64,000 bases of DNA. Origin: an uncultured delta proteobacterium (GTDB lineage: Bacteria; Desulfobacterota; Binatia; Binatales; Binataceae). The translations under genes and the position numbers were made by a program. Within the stretch, counting starts at the first letter, position 1. Each line of letters opens with the position of its first letter. The stretch lies in the NCBI GenBank assembly GCA_963842085.1, contig CAWJET010000002.1:288001-352000 (forward strand), read 5' to 3'. This document shows positions 1 through 9,710 of this stretch, one piece after another. The notes under the pieces were generated by a model. It saw only the letters and a program-made list of their open reading frames with translations. It did not search any database and was not told where the DNA came from.

Positions 1-652
1 AGGACAATATATCGACATGAGCCAGTGGGAATGCGCGATGGACCTTCTGGCAGAAGGGATTCTTGAGTATACGATGAACGGGCGCGAGCCCGAGCGCGTC
101 GGGAACCGCGATCCGCTGATGGCGCCGCACGGACTTTTCAAGTGCGTCGACTTGCCGGAGAAAATCCTCGACGTCACGATCGATCAATGGGTCGCAATAG
201 TCTGTGCCGACGACTCGGAATGGGCGCGGCTGGCGCGTGCAATAGGTAAACCCGAACTAGTCAATGACTCGCGATTCGCGACGCTCGCGGCGCGCAAGCA
301 GAACGAAGATGCGCTCGAAGCAATAGTCAGTGAGTGGACGGCGACGCGGAGGGTCGCGTACGTGGTGGAGACGCTGCAAGCGGCGGGAGTCGCGGCGGGC
401 GCCTGCGCAGATAGCAAGTACCTGTCGGAGGACCCACATCTCACGAAGCGCGAATACTTCATATATCGCGAGCATCCTGAAGTGGGTAAACGGCAGCATT
501 GCGGAATCCCGTGGCGGATGAGCGGGACGCCGTGCGCGGTGAAGTCGGCGGCGCCGCTACTCGGGCAGCATACTGACGAGGTGATGACCGGGTTGCTCGG
601 CTATAGCGCGGTGGAGGTCGAGGCGATGCGGGCGAAGGGCGCGCTGGATTAA
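1..652 (+). CDS. CoA-transferase family III (CaiB/BaiF), C-terminal part; 5' end lies outside the window
   Basis: Frame open from the window start; motifs GNRDPLMAPHGLFKC, RFATLAARKQN, DPHL..RE and APLLGQHTDEV are typical of the CaiB/BaiF C-terminus. Confidence 0.85.
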   Translation, partial: GQYIDMSQWECAMDLLAEGILEYTMNGREPERVGNRDPLMAPHGLFKCVDLPEKILDVTIDQWVAIVCADDSEWARLARAIGKPELVNDSRFATLAARKQNEDALEAIVSEWTATRRVAYVVETLQAAGVAAGACADSKYLSEDPHLTKREYFIYREHPEVGKRQHCGIPWRMSGTPCAVKSAAPLLGQHTDEVMTGLLGYSAVEVEAMRAKGALD

Positions 653-673
653 GCAGGCGAGGAACTTGATTGA

Positions 674-727
674 ATGTGAAACCCGCGGTGGGTTTCACGC
701 TTCCTTCTGCAGAGGTGACCCCTGCAC
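674..727. repeat. Intergenic repeat family A, full copy (two hairpins: GTGAAACCC/GGGTTTCAC and TGCAG-AGGTGACCC-CTGCA)
   Basis: Colinear near-identical copy at 19874-19927; partial copies at 13283-13300 (opposite strand) and 44493-44516. Confidence 0.75.
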
Positions 728-792
728 GTTAGCATTTGGATAAGAGAGGATGCGGGCTTCGCGCTGTTAGAACGGTGAAAGGGAAGATAGCG

Positions 793-1635
793 ATGCGGAC
801 GCTGAAGGTTTTAATCGACGGGCTGGCGTTTCCCGAAGGGCCGCGATGGCATGACGGGAGATTCCACTTTTCCGACATGCATGCGCATCAGGTGGTCGCG
901 GTCGATATGGCCGGTAAGCGCGAGATTGTGTGCGACGTGCCGGGGCGGCCGTCGGGGCTGGGTTGGCTGCCGGATGGACGGATGCTCGTGGTGTCGATGA
1001 CGGATAGGAAGCTGATGCGCCTCGATCGCGACGGGCTGAAGACCGTCGCGGATATGAGCAAGCTCGCGCCGTTCGATTGCAACGACATGGTGGTGGATGC
1101 GCACGGGCGCGCGTACGTCGGCAACTTTGGATTCGATCTGCACGCGGGCGAGACGCCGCGCGGAACTACGCTGGTGATGGTGGCGCCCGACGGCGTCGCG
1201 CGCGTCGTGGCCGAGGACATGATGTTCCCGAACGGGATGGTGATTACGCCGGATGGTAAGACGCTGATCGTCGCCGAGACGTTCGGGCGGCGATTGACGG
1301 CGTTCGATATCGGCGCGGATGGAGCGCTCTCGAATCGGCGCGCGTGGGCGGATTTGGGGAGTAGCCTGCCCGATGGAATCTGCCTGGATAGCGAGAATGC
1401 GATCTGGGTGGCGTGTCCCACGGCGTCGGAAGCGATCCGGGTGAAGCAGGGCGGCGAGGTCGTCGAGCGGATCAAGGTGGAGACGGATGCGTTCGCATGC
1501 ATGCTCGGCGGTCCTGACGGGCGGACGCTGTTTGTCGCGACGGCGCCGAATTCCGATCCGGAGAAGTGTCGCGCGACGCGAGGCGGAAGAATCGAAACGA
1601 CGCGAGTGGAAGTGCCGCGCGCGGGCCTGCCGTGA
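793..1635 (+). CDS. SMP-30/gluconolactonase/LRE family beta-propeller protein
   Basis: FPEGPRW, CNDMVVD, FPNGMVITPDG and PDGICLD motifs; ATG at 793 chosen over the TTG at 736. Confidence 0.9.
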   Translation: MRTLKVLIDGLAFPEGPRWHDGRFHFSDMHAHQVVAVDMAGKREIVCDVPGRPSGLGWLPDGRMLVVSMTDRKLMRLDRDGLKTVADMSKLAPFDCNDMVVDAHGRAYVGNFGFDLHAGETPRGTTLVMVAPDGVARVVAEDMMFPNGMVITPDGKTLIVAETFGRRLTAFDIGADGALSNRRAWADLGSSLPDGICLDSENAIWVACPTASEAIRVKQGGEVVERIKVETDAFACMLGGPDGRTLFVATAPNSDPEKCRATRGGRIETTRVEVPRAGLP

Positions 1636-1676
1636 GCTCTGGCATGAGCGGAGACGGCGTGGCGTAATGAATTGCG

Positions 1677-2999
1677 ATGGGCGTTGATGGGCACGGCGAG
1701 AATTTTCGCGCGCGGCGCAAGCGCATGATGGAGGCGATCGCGCCCGGCGCAACTGCGATCATACCAAGCGCGCCGGTGGCGATTCGCTCGGGCGACGTCG
1801 AGTTCGTATATCGGCAGGACAGCGACTTCTACTACCTGACGGGCTTCGCCGAACCGGAATCGGTGGCGGTGCTTTCGCCGGGGCATCCGGACGGCGAGTT
1901 CGTGATGTTCGTGCGGCCGCGCGACAAGGAGCGCGAGACGTGGACGGGCAGGCGCGCGGGAATCGAGGGCGCCATCATCGAGTACGGGGCCGACAAGGCA
2001 TACGTAATCGACGAGCTCGAAAAGATACTGCCGCGCTACCTGGAAAAGAGCGACCGCGTGCATTACCCGCTCGGGCTCAATGAGAAGATGGATGAGCGGG
2101 TGCTGAAACTGATTCGATGGGCGCAGTCGATGCGACCGCGAATCGGGGTGGGGCCCTCGTCGATAATCGATCCGCGCGACATCATCCACGAGGCGCGCCT
2201 GAAGAAGGAGCCGGTGGAGCTCGACGCGATGCGGCGCGCGATGGCGATTTCAGCGGACGCGCATAGACGCGCAATGATGAAGGCGCGCGGCGGGATGAAG
2301 GAGTGGCAAATCGAGGCGGAGGTCGATTACGCATTTCGCTCGCAGGGCGCAACCGGACCGAGCTATCCGTCGATTATCGCGTCGGGTCCGAACGCGGCGA
2401 CGCTGCATTACATCAACAACGATCGCGAGATGCGCACGGGCGAGCTGATCCTGATCGATGCGGGCGCTGAGTACGATTTCTACGCGGCCGATATCACGCG
2501 CACGTCGCCGATCGGCGCGCGCTTCACGGGCTTGCAGCGCAGCCTGTACGAAGTGGTACTCGACGCGCAGCTCAAGGCGATCGATACGATCGAGCCGGGC
2601 GCACATTTCGACCAGCCGCACGAAGTGGCTCTGCGCGTGCTGGTTGACGGCATGCGTCAGCTCGGAATCCTGCATGGCTCGGCCGACGAGATAATCGAGA
2701 AGGGCGCGTATCGGCGCTACTACATGCATCGCACGAGCCACTGGCTCGGCATGGACGTGCACGACGTCGGGCTGTACCGGGTGGACGGGGTGTCGCGAGT
2801 GCTCGAGCCCGGGATGGTACTTACGGTCGAGCCGGGTCTGTATATCAGTCCCGACGACGATGAAGTTCCGGACAGTTTTCGCGGTATCGGGATTCGAATC
2901 GAGGACGACGTGCTGGTGACCGAAGGCGGCCACGAAGTGATGACGGCGGCGACGCCGAAGTCGATCGCGGACGTCGAAGCGCTGACTACGGCGCAGTAG
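1677..2999 (+). CDS. pepP: Xaa-Pro aminopeptidase (aminopeptidase P, M24B)
   Basis: YRQDSDFYYLTGF N-domain; metal ligands in LIDAGAE, AADITRT, HWLGMDVHD, TVEPGLY and GIRIEDD. Confidence 0.93.
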   Translation: MGVDGHGENFRARRKRMMEAIAPGATAIIPSAPVAIRSGDVEFVYRQDSDFYYLTGFAEPESVAVLSPGHPDGEFVMFVRPRDKERETWTGRRAGIEGAIIEYGADKAYVIDELEKILPRYLEKSDRVHYPLGLNEKMDERVLKLIRWAQSMRPRIGVGPSSIIDPRDIIHEARLKKEPVELDAMRRAMAISADAHRRAMMKARGGMKEWQIEAEVDYAFRSQGATGPSYPSIIASGPNAATLHYINNDREMRTGELILIDAGAEYDFYAADITRTSPIGARFTGLQRSLYEVVLDAQLKAIDTIEPGAHFDQPHEVALRVLVDGMRQLGILHGSADEIIEKGAYRRYYMHRTSHWLGMDVHDVGLYRVDGVSRVLEPGMVLTVEPGLYISPDDDEVPDSFRGIGIRIEDDVLVTEGGHEVMTAATPKSIADVEALTTAQ

Positions 3000-3004
3000 T
3001 CAAT

Positions 3005-3232
3005 TCAGTAGTACAACCACGAGTGACAAGTGCTGCGGTCGGCCTCGCAAGCCGACGTGCAATTACCTATTTGATTGCGGCAATAGAATTCGTCATTACC
3101 ATGTAGTTCGCAGACTTGGTAATCGCGATTGCACTGATACTGGCATCTCGTCTGCATATAGTCGCATCGGTTCGCGCATCCCGCGGCGAACAGAGATGCG
3201 ACAGCGGTGATGAGCAAAACCTTTGCGCTCAC
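3005..3232 (-). CDS. Small cysteine-rich lipoprotein, hypothetical
   Basis: GTG start, signal peptide with lipobox FAAG-C, then 8 regularly spaced Cys; fills the gap downstream of the MaoC-like gene on the same strand. Confidence 0.65.
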   Translation of the reverse strand: MSAKVLLITAVASLFAAGCANRCDYMQTRCQYQCNRDYQVCELHGNDEFYCRNQIGNCTSACEADRSTCHSWLYY

Positions 3233-3246
3233 GAGCGGAGTCGGCG

Positions 3247-4128
3247 CTACAGTTCGAGCGCACTGGCGCTGCCGACGATGGTTTTAGTACCGTCGGCCTT
3301 GTCGCACCAGACTTCGACTTCGGCGCGTGTGCGGGCGCCTTCGGGGTGGCGCTCGACGATCAAGCCTTTCGGTCCGGTGACGTCGTTGCCCCACAGCACG
3401 TTGACCAGCCGCAGATCCATCTTGCCGCCGTAGAGGAAGCCGAGTCCGAAACGCCGCGTCATCATTTCGGCGACGAGGCATATTGAGAGCATTCCCTGCA
3501 CGACGATTTCCGGGAATCCCAGCTCGACTGCTTTCTGCCTATCGTTATGGTAATTGCGGACAGGCCCTGAAAAAGCCATGCACTTTTCTTCGGTGATCTT
3601 GCGCATCGGAGAGTCGATGGGATCGCCGCCGCGCTCGCCGATTTTGAATGAGCGCGACGAGTCTTTCTCGCGCGCGCGATCGACGACGAAGCCATGCCTG
3701 GTCTGCTCGGGGAGCAGGAAGCTCTGATGGGTGCGGCTGCGCGAGACGATTTGCCCCGACGCGTTGCTGACCAGGACTTCGTTCACCACGTACTCGCGGT
3801 CGCGCTTGACGTAACGGTCGACGATGACGGCGCGAGTCGTGAGGCGCTCGCCAACCATTACGGGTGCGAACAGGCTCCATTCCTGGCGCGCATGGAGGTT
3901 GCCGTAAATGTTCGGCAGGTACCATCCGAGCGTGTGGTAAACGGCGCTGTGGAGAATCAGCGCGGGAGCGATGGGGCCGCCGAGCGGAGAGTCGCCGCGG
4001 TACCACGGATTGTCGTCGCCGGTGCCGGCGACGTAGGTCGCGACCAGAGCGGGCGTGATGTCGTAGGTCATGCCGCCGAAGTCGCGGCCGACGTACACTT
4101 CCTTGCGGTCGAAAATTTCGTTGGCCAT
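3247..4128 (-). CDS. MaoC/FAS1-like double hot-dog dehydratase
   Basis: GTGDDNPW..P.APALILH, LHARQEW and NYHND..A...GFPEIVVQGM hydratase-type motifs in two hot-dog domains. Confidence 0.8.
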   Translation of the reverse strand: MANEIFDRKEVYVGRDFGGMTYDITPALVATYVAGTGDDNPWYRGDSPLGGPIAPALILHSAVYHTLGWYLPNIYGNLHARQEWSLFAPVMVGERLTTRAVIVDRYVKRDREYVVNEVLVSNASGQIVSRSRTHQSFLLPEQTRHGFVVDRAREKDSSRSFKIGERGGDPIDSPMRKITEEKCMAFSGPVRNYHNDRQKAVELGFPEIVVQGMLSICLVAEMMTRRFGLGFLYGGKMDLRLVNVLWGNDVTGPKGLIVERHPEGARTRAEVEVWCDKADGTKTIVGSASALEL

Positions 4129-4146
4129 CGTGGTGTCCTGCGGGCG

Positions 4147-4542
4147 CTAGTTTTTCTGCTTGGTTTTGATCCGATCGTTGAACTTGGCAGCGTCGATTAC
4201 GGCGCGCCGATGGCTCCCGGAGCCGATCTGCTCGACGTCGTCGAAAGCGCGCACGGCAAACTCGAGGCGGCGGCCTTCGACCCTGGTCACTTCGGCTTCG
4301 GCGCGAGCGCGATGGCCAGGCGGCGTCGCCGCGGTGTGACTGACTTCGATCGACATGCCGACGGAACTCTCGCCCGCGTCGAGAAACGGGCGGATGGCCT
4401 CGATGGCGGCCTGCTCCATCATCGCGACCATCGTGGGCGTGGACAGAACCGCGGCCAGCGATGGATCGAGATGGCTGGCGAGGTCGGCTGCGGCGACAGT
4501 CTTCGCGTAGCTTCCGATGGTTCCGATCGGAATTGCTTTCAT
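4147..4542 (-). CDS. Hot-dog thioesterase (fluoroacetyl-CoA thioesterase FlK-like)
   Basis: VLSTPTMVAMME and SVGMSIEVSHTAATP (Thr-Glu-His triad), G.H.RAVID. Confidence 0.88.
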   Translation of the reverse strand: MKAIPIGTIGSYAKTVAAADLASHLDPSLAAVLSTPTMVAMMEQAAIEAIRPFLDAGESSVGMSIEVSHTAATPPGHRARAEAEVTRVEGRRLEFAVRAFDDVEQIGSGSHRRAVIDAAKFNDRIKTKQKN

Positions 4543-4546
4543 CGCG

Positions 4547-4966
4547 CTACAGTACTGCAATCAAAATTTGGATCGAGAGTGCGAAGCATGCCGCTACTCC
4601 CAAGGCGTAAGAGAGCGTTCGCCATGGTTGCAGGCTGTTCAGGTACATGATCGTGTGCAGAATCCTCGCGACGACAAAGATGCTGAAGTAGATGAACGCG
4701 CCCACCGGCCAGCATCCCAGGGTGACGTAAATCATCGCGAGGAACAGGAAGATCGGAATGTTCTCCAAATCGTTGCGCCAGGCCATCGCGGCGCGCTTGA
4801 CGATCGGTAATTCGTCCGAAGCAAGTGCGGCGCCGAAGAAGCGAGCGTCTTCCGGCGTCACGAAGGTTTTCGTGCTCGTTCGGGCGCGAGCCTGAACGAT
4901 CGAGACCGCGAGCATCTTGAAAAACAGAATGACGGTTATCAGTGCATAGAACTGGTACTCGGTCAT
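4547..4966 (-). CDS. MAPEG family membrane protein (microsomal GST-like)
   Basis: NDLENIPIF and F.VARILHT motifs; four hydrophobic helices. Confidence 0.88.
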   Translation of the reverse strand: MTEYQFYALITVILFFKMLAVSIVQARARTSTKTFVTPEDARFFGAALASDELPIVKRAAMAWRNDLENIPIFLFLAMIYVTLGCWPVGAFIYFSIFVVARILHTIMYLNSLQPWRTLSYALGVAACFALSIQILIAVL

Positions 4967-4972
4967 CGGCGT

Positions 4973-5584
4973 CTATCTCCTCAGCCCCATGGCGTCGAGC
5001 TTCCTGACGACCCACTCGATGCGATCGTTGCCCCAAAACGGTTCGCCGTCGACAATGAAAGTTGGCACACCGAAGACGCCGTCGCGATCGCCGGCGGCGA
5101 ATGCCTCGGACAGTTCGCGGGGACCGTCGTGGAGCGTGTAGCGATGGAACGCGTCGGCGTCGAGGCCGGTTTCCTTCATTACGACGGCGAGCGCGGCTGC
5201 GTTTTCAATGTCGAGTTCGCGTTTGAAGAAGCGCGCGAAGACACGGTCGGAGTATGGGCGGAAGAGGCCGTGCTTGTCGGCCCACAGGCCGGACATCAGA
5301 GCGAGCTTCGAGTCGAAGATTTTCTGCGGTCCGCGGATGATCATGCCGCGCGCGTTCGCGTAGCGGCGCGCGTCGAGGTACATGTAGCGGACTTTGCGCC
5401 AATCGCGCTCGGGGCGCTGGTCGAGGTCGCCACCGAAGGCGCCGCGGATGTCGAGTTCGTGCGGGATGTAATGCAGGCGGACGCGATGCGATTCCATCAG
5501 CGCGTACGCGGGGGCCATCGCAAGATACGCGAAGGGGCTCTTGTAGTCGTAGTAGAGCTTGATGGTCAGGAGTTCGTCGGCCAT
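4973..5584 (-). CDS. DsbA-like 2-hydroxychromene-2-carboxylate isomerase / kappa-class GST family
   Basis: YDYKSPFAYLA N-terminus and GVFGVPTFIVDGEPFWGNDR C-terminus. Confidence 0.88.
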   Translation of the reverse strand: MADELLTIKLYYDYKSPFAYLAMAPAYALMESHRVRLHYIPHELDIRGAFGGDLDQRPERDWRKVRYMYLDARRYANARGMIIRGPQKIFDSKLALMSGLWADKHGLFRPYSDRVFARFFKRELDIENAAALAVVMKETGLDADAFHRYTLHDGPRELSEAFAAGDRDGVFGVPTFIVDGEPFWGNDRIEWVVRKLDAMGLRR

Positions 5585-5633
5585 ACGTGAGGATTTAGCA
5601 TCACGGGGGGAGAGAATTCGAGCGGCCAGCGGC

Positions 5634-7163
5634 TCAATCTGAATTGCGCATCCAGTCGGCGACGCGCTCTCCGATCATGATGCAGGTCAGGTTGGTGTTC
5701 GCGCGCACAATGTTCGGCATTATCGACGCGTCGACGACGCGCAGTCCTTCGACGCCGCGCACGCGGCAGTACTGATCGACCACTGCCATCGGATCGCTCT
5801 CGGGGCCCATCTTCGCGGTGCCGACCGGATGGAAGATCGTCGTGCAGTTGTCGCGCAGAAAGGTTTCGAGCGCGGAGTCCGAGTTCACGACCTCCGCAGT
5901 CAGGTTCACGAACTCCTTGAGCATCGGCGCTAACGGGCCCTCGTGCATCAAGCGCCATGCGATGCGCACGCCGTCGGCCATCCGGCGCATGTCTTCGGGA
6001 TCGTCCAGATAGTTGAGATCGATGAGCGGCGGGACGTCCGGATTGGCGCTGCGCAGGCGCAGTCGTCCGCGCGAACGGGGGCGCTGCAGACCGGGCACAA
6101 GAGCGACGCTCGGGACAGGCAGGCCGAGCGCAAGTCCCGGCGACACACTCGAGTCGAACAGCTCGAACACGTACATCTGCATGTCGTTGAACTCGGCGGA
6201 GCCCGAAGCGGTGTAGCGAATACCGATGGGATTGGTGACCTGCGGGTCGTGCGGAATTCCCGCGACCGGAGTCGCGACGACGAAAGCCATGGGATGGTCG
6301 ATCAGATTGCGGCCGACGCCCGGCAAGTTCACCTGGCATTTGATGCCCAGCGCCGCCAGCACGTCGCGCGCGCCGACTCCCGAGCGCATCAACAGAGCGG
6401 GGGATTGTATGGCGCCCGCGGAGAGCGTTACGCGACGGCCGCGCACTTGCTGGAGCGTGCCGGCGCACTCGATTTCGACACCGGCGGCGCGGCCGTTCTC
6501 GATGATAACGCGGTGCGCGTTGATGCCGGGCCGAATCGTGAGATTCAGGCGATGACGCGCGGGCGCAAGATAGCCGATGGCGGTCGAGATGCGTACCCCT
6601 TCGCGACGGTTGCGCGGCCATGGCCCGATGCCGGTGGACTCGGGATCGTTATGGTCCCAGACTTCGGCGAATCCTGCCGCGCGCGCGGCGTCAAAGAAGG
6701 CGCGATTGAGCGGCTGCCAGGTCTCGGGGCGCGGCCGCTGGATCCAGATCGGTCCGCCGACTCCGTGGAAATCGCCGCGCGCGTCGCGATCGTCTTCGAG
6801 CTTGCGATGAAACGGCAGGACCTTCTCGAAGCTCCATTCGCGATTGCCCCACGCCGCCCATTCGTCGAAGTCCTGGGGAGTGCCGCGCAGCGCGATATGG
6901 CCGTTGACGGCGGAACTGCCGCCAGTCACCTTGCCGCGCGGGTACGCGATTTCCCGGGTGGGCGTGGCCTGCGCAACCAAGCCCCAGTCATGAGGTCCGG
7001 CGGAGACCCAGGTGGTCAGCAAATCCGCGGGAGTCTGTTCAACGGCCGAGTAGTCGGGACCCGCTTCGAGCAGCAGGACGGCGCGATTCGGATCCTCGCT
7101 GAGCCGGGCAGCCAGCGCGGCGCCCGCAGAGCCCGCACCAACAACGATGTCGTCGTATTCCAT
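5634..7163 (-). CDS. GMC family flavin oxidoreductase (choline dehydrogenase/MftG-like)
   Basis: VVGAGSAG, RGKVTGGSSAVNG, VGRNLIDHP, HPVGTAKMG, LRVVDASIMP and NTNLTCIMIGER; ATG at 7163. Confidence 0.92.
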   Translation of the reverse strand: MEYDDIVVGAGSAGAALAARLSEDPNRAVLLLEAGPDYSAVEQTPADLLTTWVSAGPHDWGLVAQATPTREIAYPRGKVTGGSSAVNGHIALRGTPQDFDEWAAWGNREWSFEKVLPFHRKLEDDRDARGDFHGVGGPIWIQRPRPETWQPLNRAFFDAARAAGFAEVWDHNDPESTGIGPWPRNRREGVRISTAIGYLAPARHRLNLTIRPGINAHRVIIENGRAAGVEIECAGTLQQVRGRRVTLSAGAIQSPALLMRSGVGARDVLAALGIKCQVNLPGVGRNLIDHPMAFVVATPVAGIPHDPQVTNPIGIRYTASGSAEFNDMQMYVFELFDSSVSPGLALGLPVPSVALVPGLQRPRSRGRLRLRSANPDVPPLIDLNYLDDPEDMRRMADGVRIAWRLMHEGPLAPMLKEFVNLTAEVVNSDSALETFLRDNCTTIFHPVGTAKMGPESDPMAVVDQYCRVRGVEGLRVVDASIMPNIVRANTNLTCIMIGERVADWMRNSD

Positions 7164-7278
7164 CGATCGCTGACACTGATGTAACCAGCCGTGACTGTCA
7201 ACGCCCGCGCGCCGCAAGAGCAGTTACGATATGCGCTAACCTCAACTCCGAGGAGGCGAAGCGCGCGTGGCGAATTGC

Positions 7279-8283
7279 TCAAGTCAGAGGTTCGTGGATT
7301 GCTTCGGCGGCTTCGGACGCGGGGTGCTTGCGATGCGGGTCGGTGCCGAGGACGAGGGCCAGTACGCCGCTCACTGAAATCAGGATGCCGACGACCTCGC
7401 GGGTCGTTGCGCGCTCGCCGAGAAACATTACGGCGAACAGAATCGAGAGGATCGGGATGCCGGGCACGACCAGCGCCGTCGTCCATGCCAACGACAGCCG
7501 GTTGATCGCGCCGTACCACGTGAGCCCGCTCATAAAATAGACGAAAAACCCGGTCACCATGATGACGCCGAGCGAAGTTGGGTCGGCGAGCTGCACGAGC
7601 GAGTCGCGGCGCAACAGCAGGAGCATCGCGGTCAGAACGAGCGACGCGTAGAAAAACCGGCCGCCGGTCATCGAGGTCGGCGTCAGCGGTGGCATCAGCT
7701 TCAGACCCATCACGTGCGACGTCTGCCAGAACAGCGGAGTGGTGAAGATGATGGCCGAGGCCCATAGCGGTGAAAATGAGCCGCCGCCGGCGAACACCGA
7801 AGCGATGCCGACGAGGACGGTGGCGGTCGCGAGCATCTGGCGGGCGGACGGGCGCTCGCCGACGAAAATCGTAGAGAGCACCAGCGAATAGACCGGCTCG
7901 GTTTGCAGGAGCAACACTCCCGCGACGGCGCCGATACGGGTCAGCCCGTAGGTGAGGGTGAGGCTCGTCATCACCGTTCCCGCCGTCGCCACCCAGAACA
8001 GGCGGTCGCGATAGCGCGGGTCAACGATCATCTTCAACTCGCCGGTGAACTGCAGAACCGGGAGCGTGCAGAGGGTGGCGAAGACGACGGCGCCGGTGCA
8101 GAAGAGCAGCGGATCGAGGTGCACGGCACCCCATCGCGTTATCACGGGCTGGCCGGCGCCGATGATCGTGTTGATGATGCATAGCGTCAGGCCGACCTGG
8201 AAGGCGCGGGCGCGGCGAGCCGTTTCGTTGCCTCTCTCGTTGGCGACAGGCGGCATGGAACCCGCCGAGGGGTCGGTGGACAT
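7279..8283 (-). CDS. DMT/EamA family transporter
   Basis: About 10 hydrophobic helices in two repeats ending in VGER and LGER. Confidence 0.85.
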   Translation of the reverse strand: MSTDPSAGSMPPVANERGNETARRARAFQVGLTLCIINTIIGAGQPVITRWGAVHLDPLLFCTGAVVFATLCTLPVLQFTGELKMIVDPRYRDRLFWVATAGTVMTSLTLTYGLTRIGAVAGVLLLQTEPVYSLVLSTIFVGERPSARQMLATATVLVGIASVFAGGGSFSPLWASAIIFTTPLFWQTSHVMGLKLMPPLTPTSMTGGRFFYASLVLTAMLLLLRRDSLVQLADPTSLGVIMVTGFFVYFMSGLTWYGAINRLSLAWTTALVVPGIPILSILFAVMFLGERATTREVVGILISVSGVLALVLGTDPHRKHPASEAAEAIHEPLT

Positions 8284-8286
8284 CGA

Positions 8287-9078
8287 CTATGGCCGCGCCA
8301 GCGCGACCGCGACGACAACTGCAGCCAGCACGATTCGATAGATCGCGAAGGAGCGGTAGCTGTGGGTTCGTACGAAGTGCAGCAGGCCGACGATCGCGAG
8401 CAGCCCGAAGACCGCAGAAGCCGTAAAGCCCCATCCGAGTTGGGCGGTGAGGCCCGAGTGGAATAGCTTGCGCGTCTCTATCAGGCCGGCGCCGGCGATG
8501 ATTGGTGTCGCCATGAGGAAAGAGAAATTGGCGGCGTCGGCGCGTTCGATACCGAGGATGCGGGCGGTGGTAATCGTAGCGCCGGAGCGCGAGACGCCGG
8601 GGATTATCGCGAGCGCTTGGCTCAGCCCAATCAGAACGGCGTCGAGGATGGTGAGGTTGTCTATTTTGCGCTTTTCCGACCCCACTGCGTCAGCGGCCCA
8701 CAGAAGAAGCCCCAGGATGGCCATCGCGGGAGCGATCACCCACAGCGGGGAACGTAAAGTCGTCTCGGCTTGCTTCTCGAGCAGGACGCCGATGATGGCG
8801 CCGGGAACCGACGCGACTATCAACAGAAACAGCAACCGGCGCTGGCTACGGTCGCCATTGGCGAGCGATGAGGCCATTTCGAGCCATTCGCGCCAGTAGA
8901 AGACCACCAGCGCCAATAGCGTTCCAAGGTGAAGGACGACATCGAAGGCAAGCCCCGGATCCTCCTGCCATCGGAACAGCCAGGGGACCAATATCAGATG
9001 TGCCGAACTGGAGACAGGGAGAAACTCGGTCAAGCCCTGGATGGCGCCGAGGACGATAGCCTGAAACACAGAAAACAT
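8287..9078 (-). CDS. uppP: Undecaprenyl-diphosphate phosphatase (BacA)
   Basis: QGLTEFLPVSSSAH and PGVSRSGAT signature motifs. Confidence 0.95.
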   Translation of the reverse strand: MFSVFQAIVLGAIQGLTEFLPVSSSAHLILVPWLFRWQEDPGLAFDVVLHLGTLLALVVFYWREWLEMASSLANGDRSQRRLLFLLIVASVPGAIIGVLLEKQAETTLRSPLWVIAPAMAILGLLLWAADAVGSEKRKIDNLTILDAVLIGLSQALAIIPGVSRSGATITTARILGIERADAANFSFLMATPIIAGAGLIETRKLFHSGLTAQLGWGFTASAVFGLLAIVGLLHFVRTHSYRSFAIYRIVLAAVVVAVALARP

Positions 9079-9188
9079 AATATTTTCAGATACTTAGAGA
9101 AGAAGGAGCGTTTCGGATGCGATTGCGCCGAGCCGCGGCGATGACCACAAAAAGCGGCGATAGGGTGAATTCATGTCGAACTTGCTCC

Positions 9189-9216
9189 TTGACCGGCTGG
9201 CTACTTGGCTTAGAAT
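9189..9216 (+). promoter_or_regulatory. Candidate sigma70 promoter (TTGACC-N16-TAGAAT)
   Basis: Near-consensus hexamers upstream of the 9274 ORF in an AT-richer divergent gap. Confidence 0.5.
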
Positions 9217-9273
9217 TGGTTCATTATTATATGGGCCTAGAAGAAGAGGGTACCTCAGGAGGCTCTGTTGCCT

Positions 9274-9597
9274 ATGAATAAGCTTGCGAGAGGCAAAGTA
9301 ATTCCGTTGCGGGAAATGAGTATAGTCGAGTCCGACGGAGCACCGGACCAGTCTGCGGTGTGGGATCACGTCAATCCGGGCGAACCTCATCCATTTCCGG
9401 TTGTTTCAACTCTGCCACGTTTGCCGGTAATGATCCCTGACGAGATACTGGACTACTACGGATGGGTCTTCTGCCAAGGCGGGTTTCTCAATCTCCAGAT
9501 GACGTTCGAACAATTTCTGGCCGTAGTCGCGGCGGTGAGTCCGGCCGGGTTGAGCCCCGAATACGACGCGAGCGAGGCATCCTACCCCAACGACTGA
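9274..9597 (+). CDS. Hypothetical protein (107 aa)
   Basis: Only sizeable ORF in the gap; upstream promoter-like sequence and GGAGG; strong hairpin downstream. Confidence 0.65.
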   Translation: MNKLARGKVIPLREMSIVESDGAPDQSAVWDHVNPGEPHPFPVVSTLPRLPVMIPDEILDYYGWVFCQGGFLNLQMTFEQFLAVVAAVSPAGLSPEYDASEASYPND

Positions 9598-9624
9598 TTC
9601 CCAAGATAGTGCGAGACCGTCGTT

Positions 9625-9665
9625 TCGATGCCCGCCCGGGCGCACTCGGGCGGGCATCGACTTTC
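9625..9665. terminator. Hairpin between convergent genes, probable terminator
   Basis: Perfect 14-bp stem TCGATGCCCGCCCG/CGGGCGGGCATCGA followed by CTTTC. Confidence 0.65.
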
Positions 9666-9710
9666 GTGACATTCGATTCTCATGATTTTGGCTGGAGGAG
9701 CGCCGTGGGT

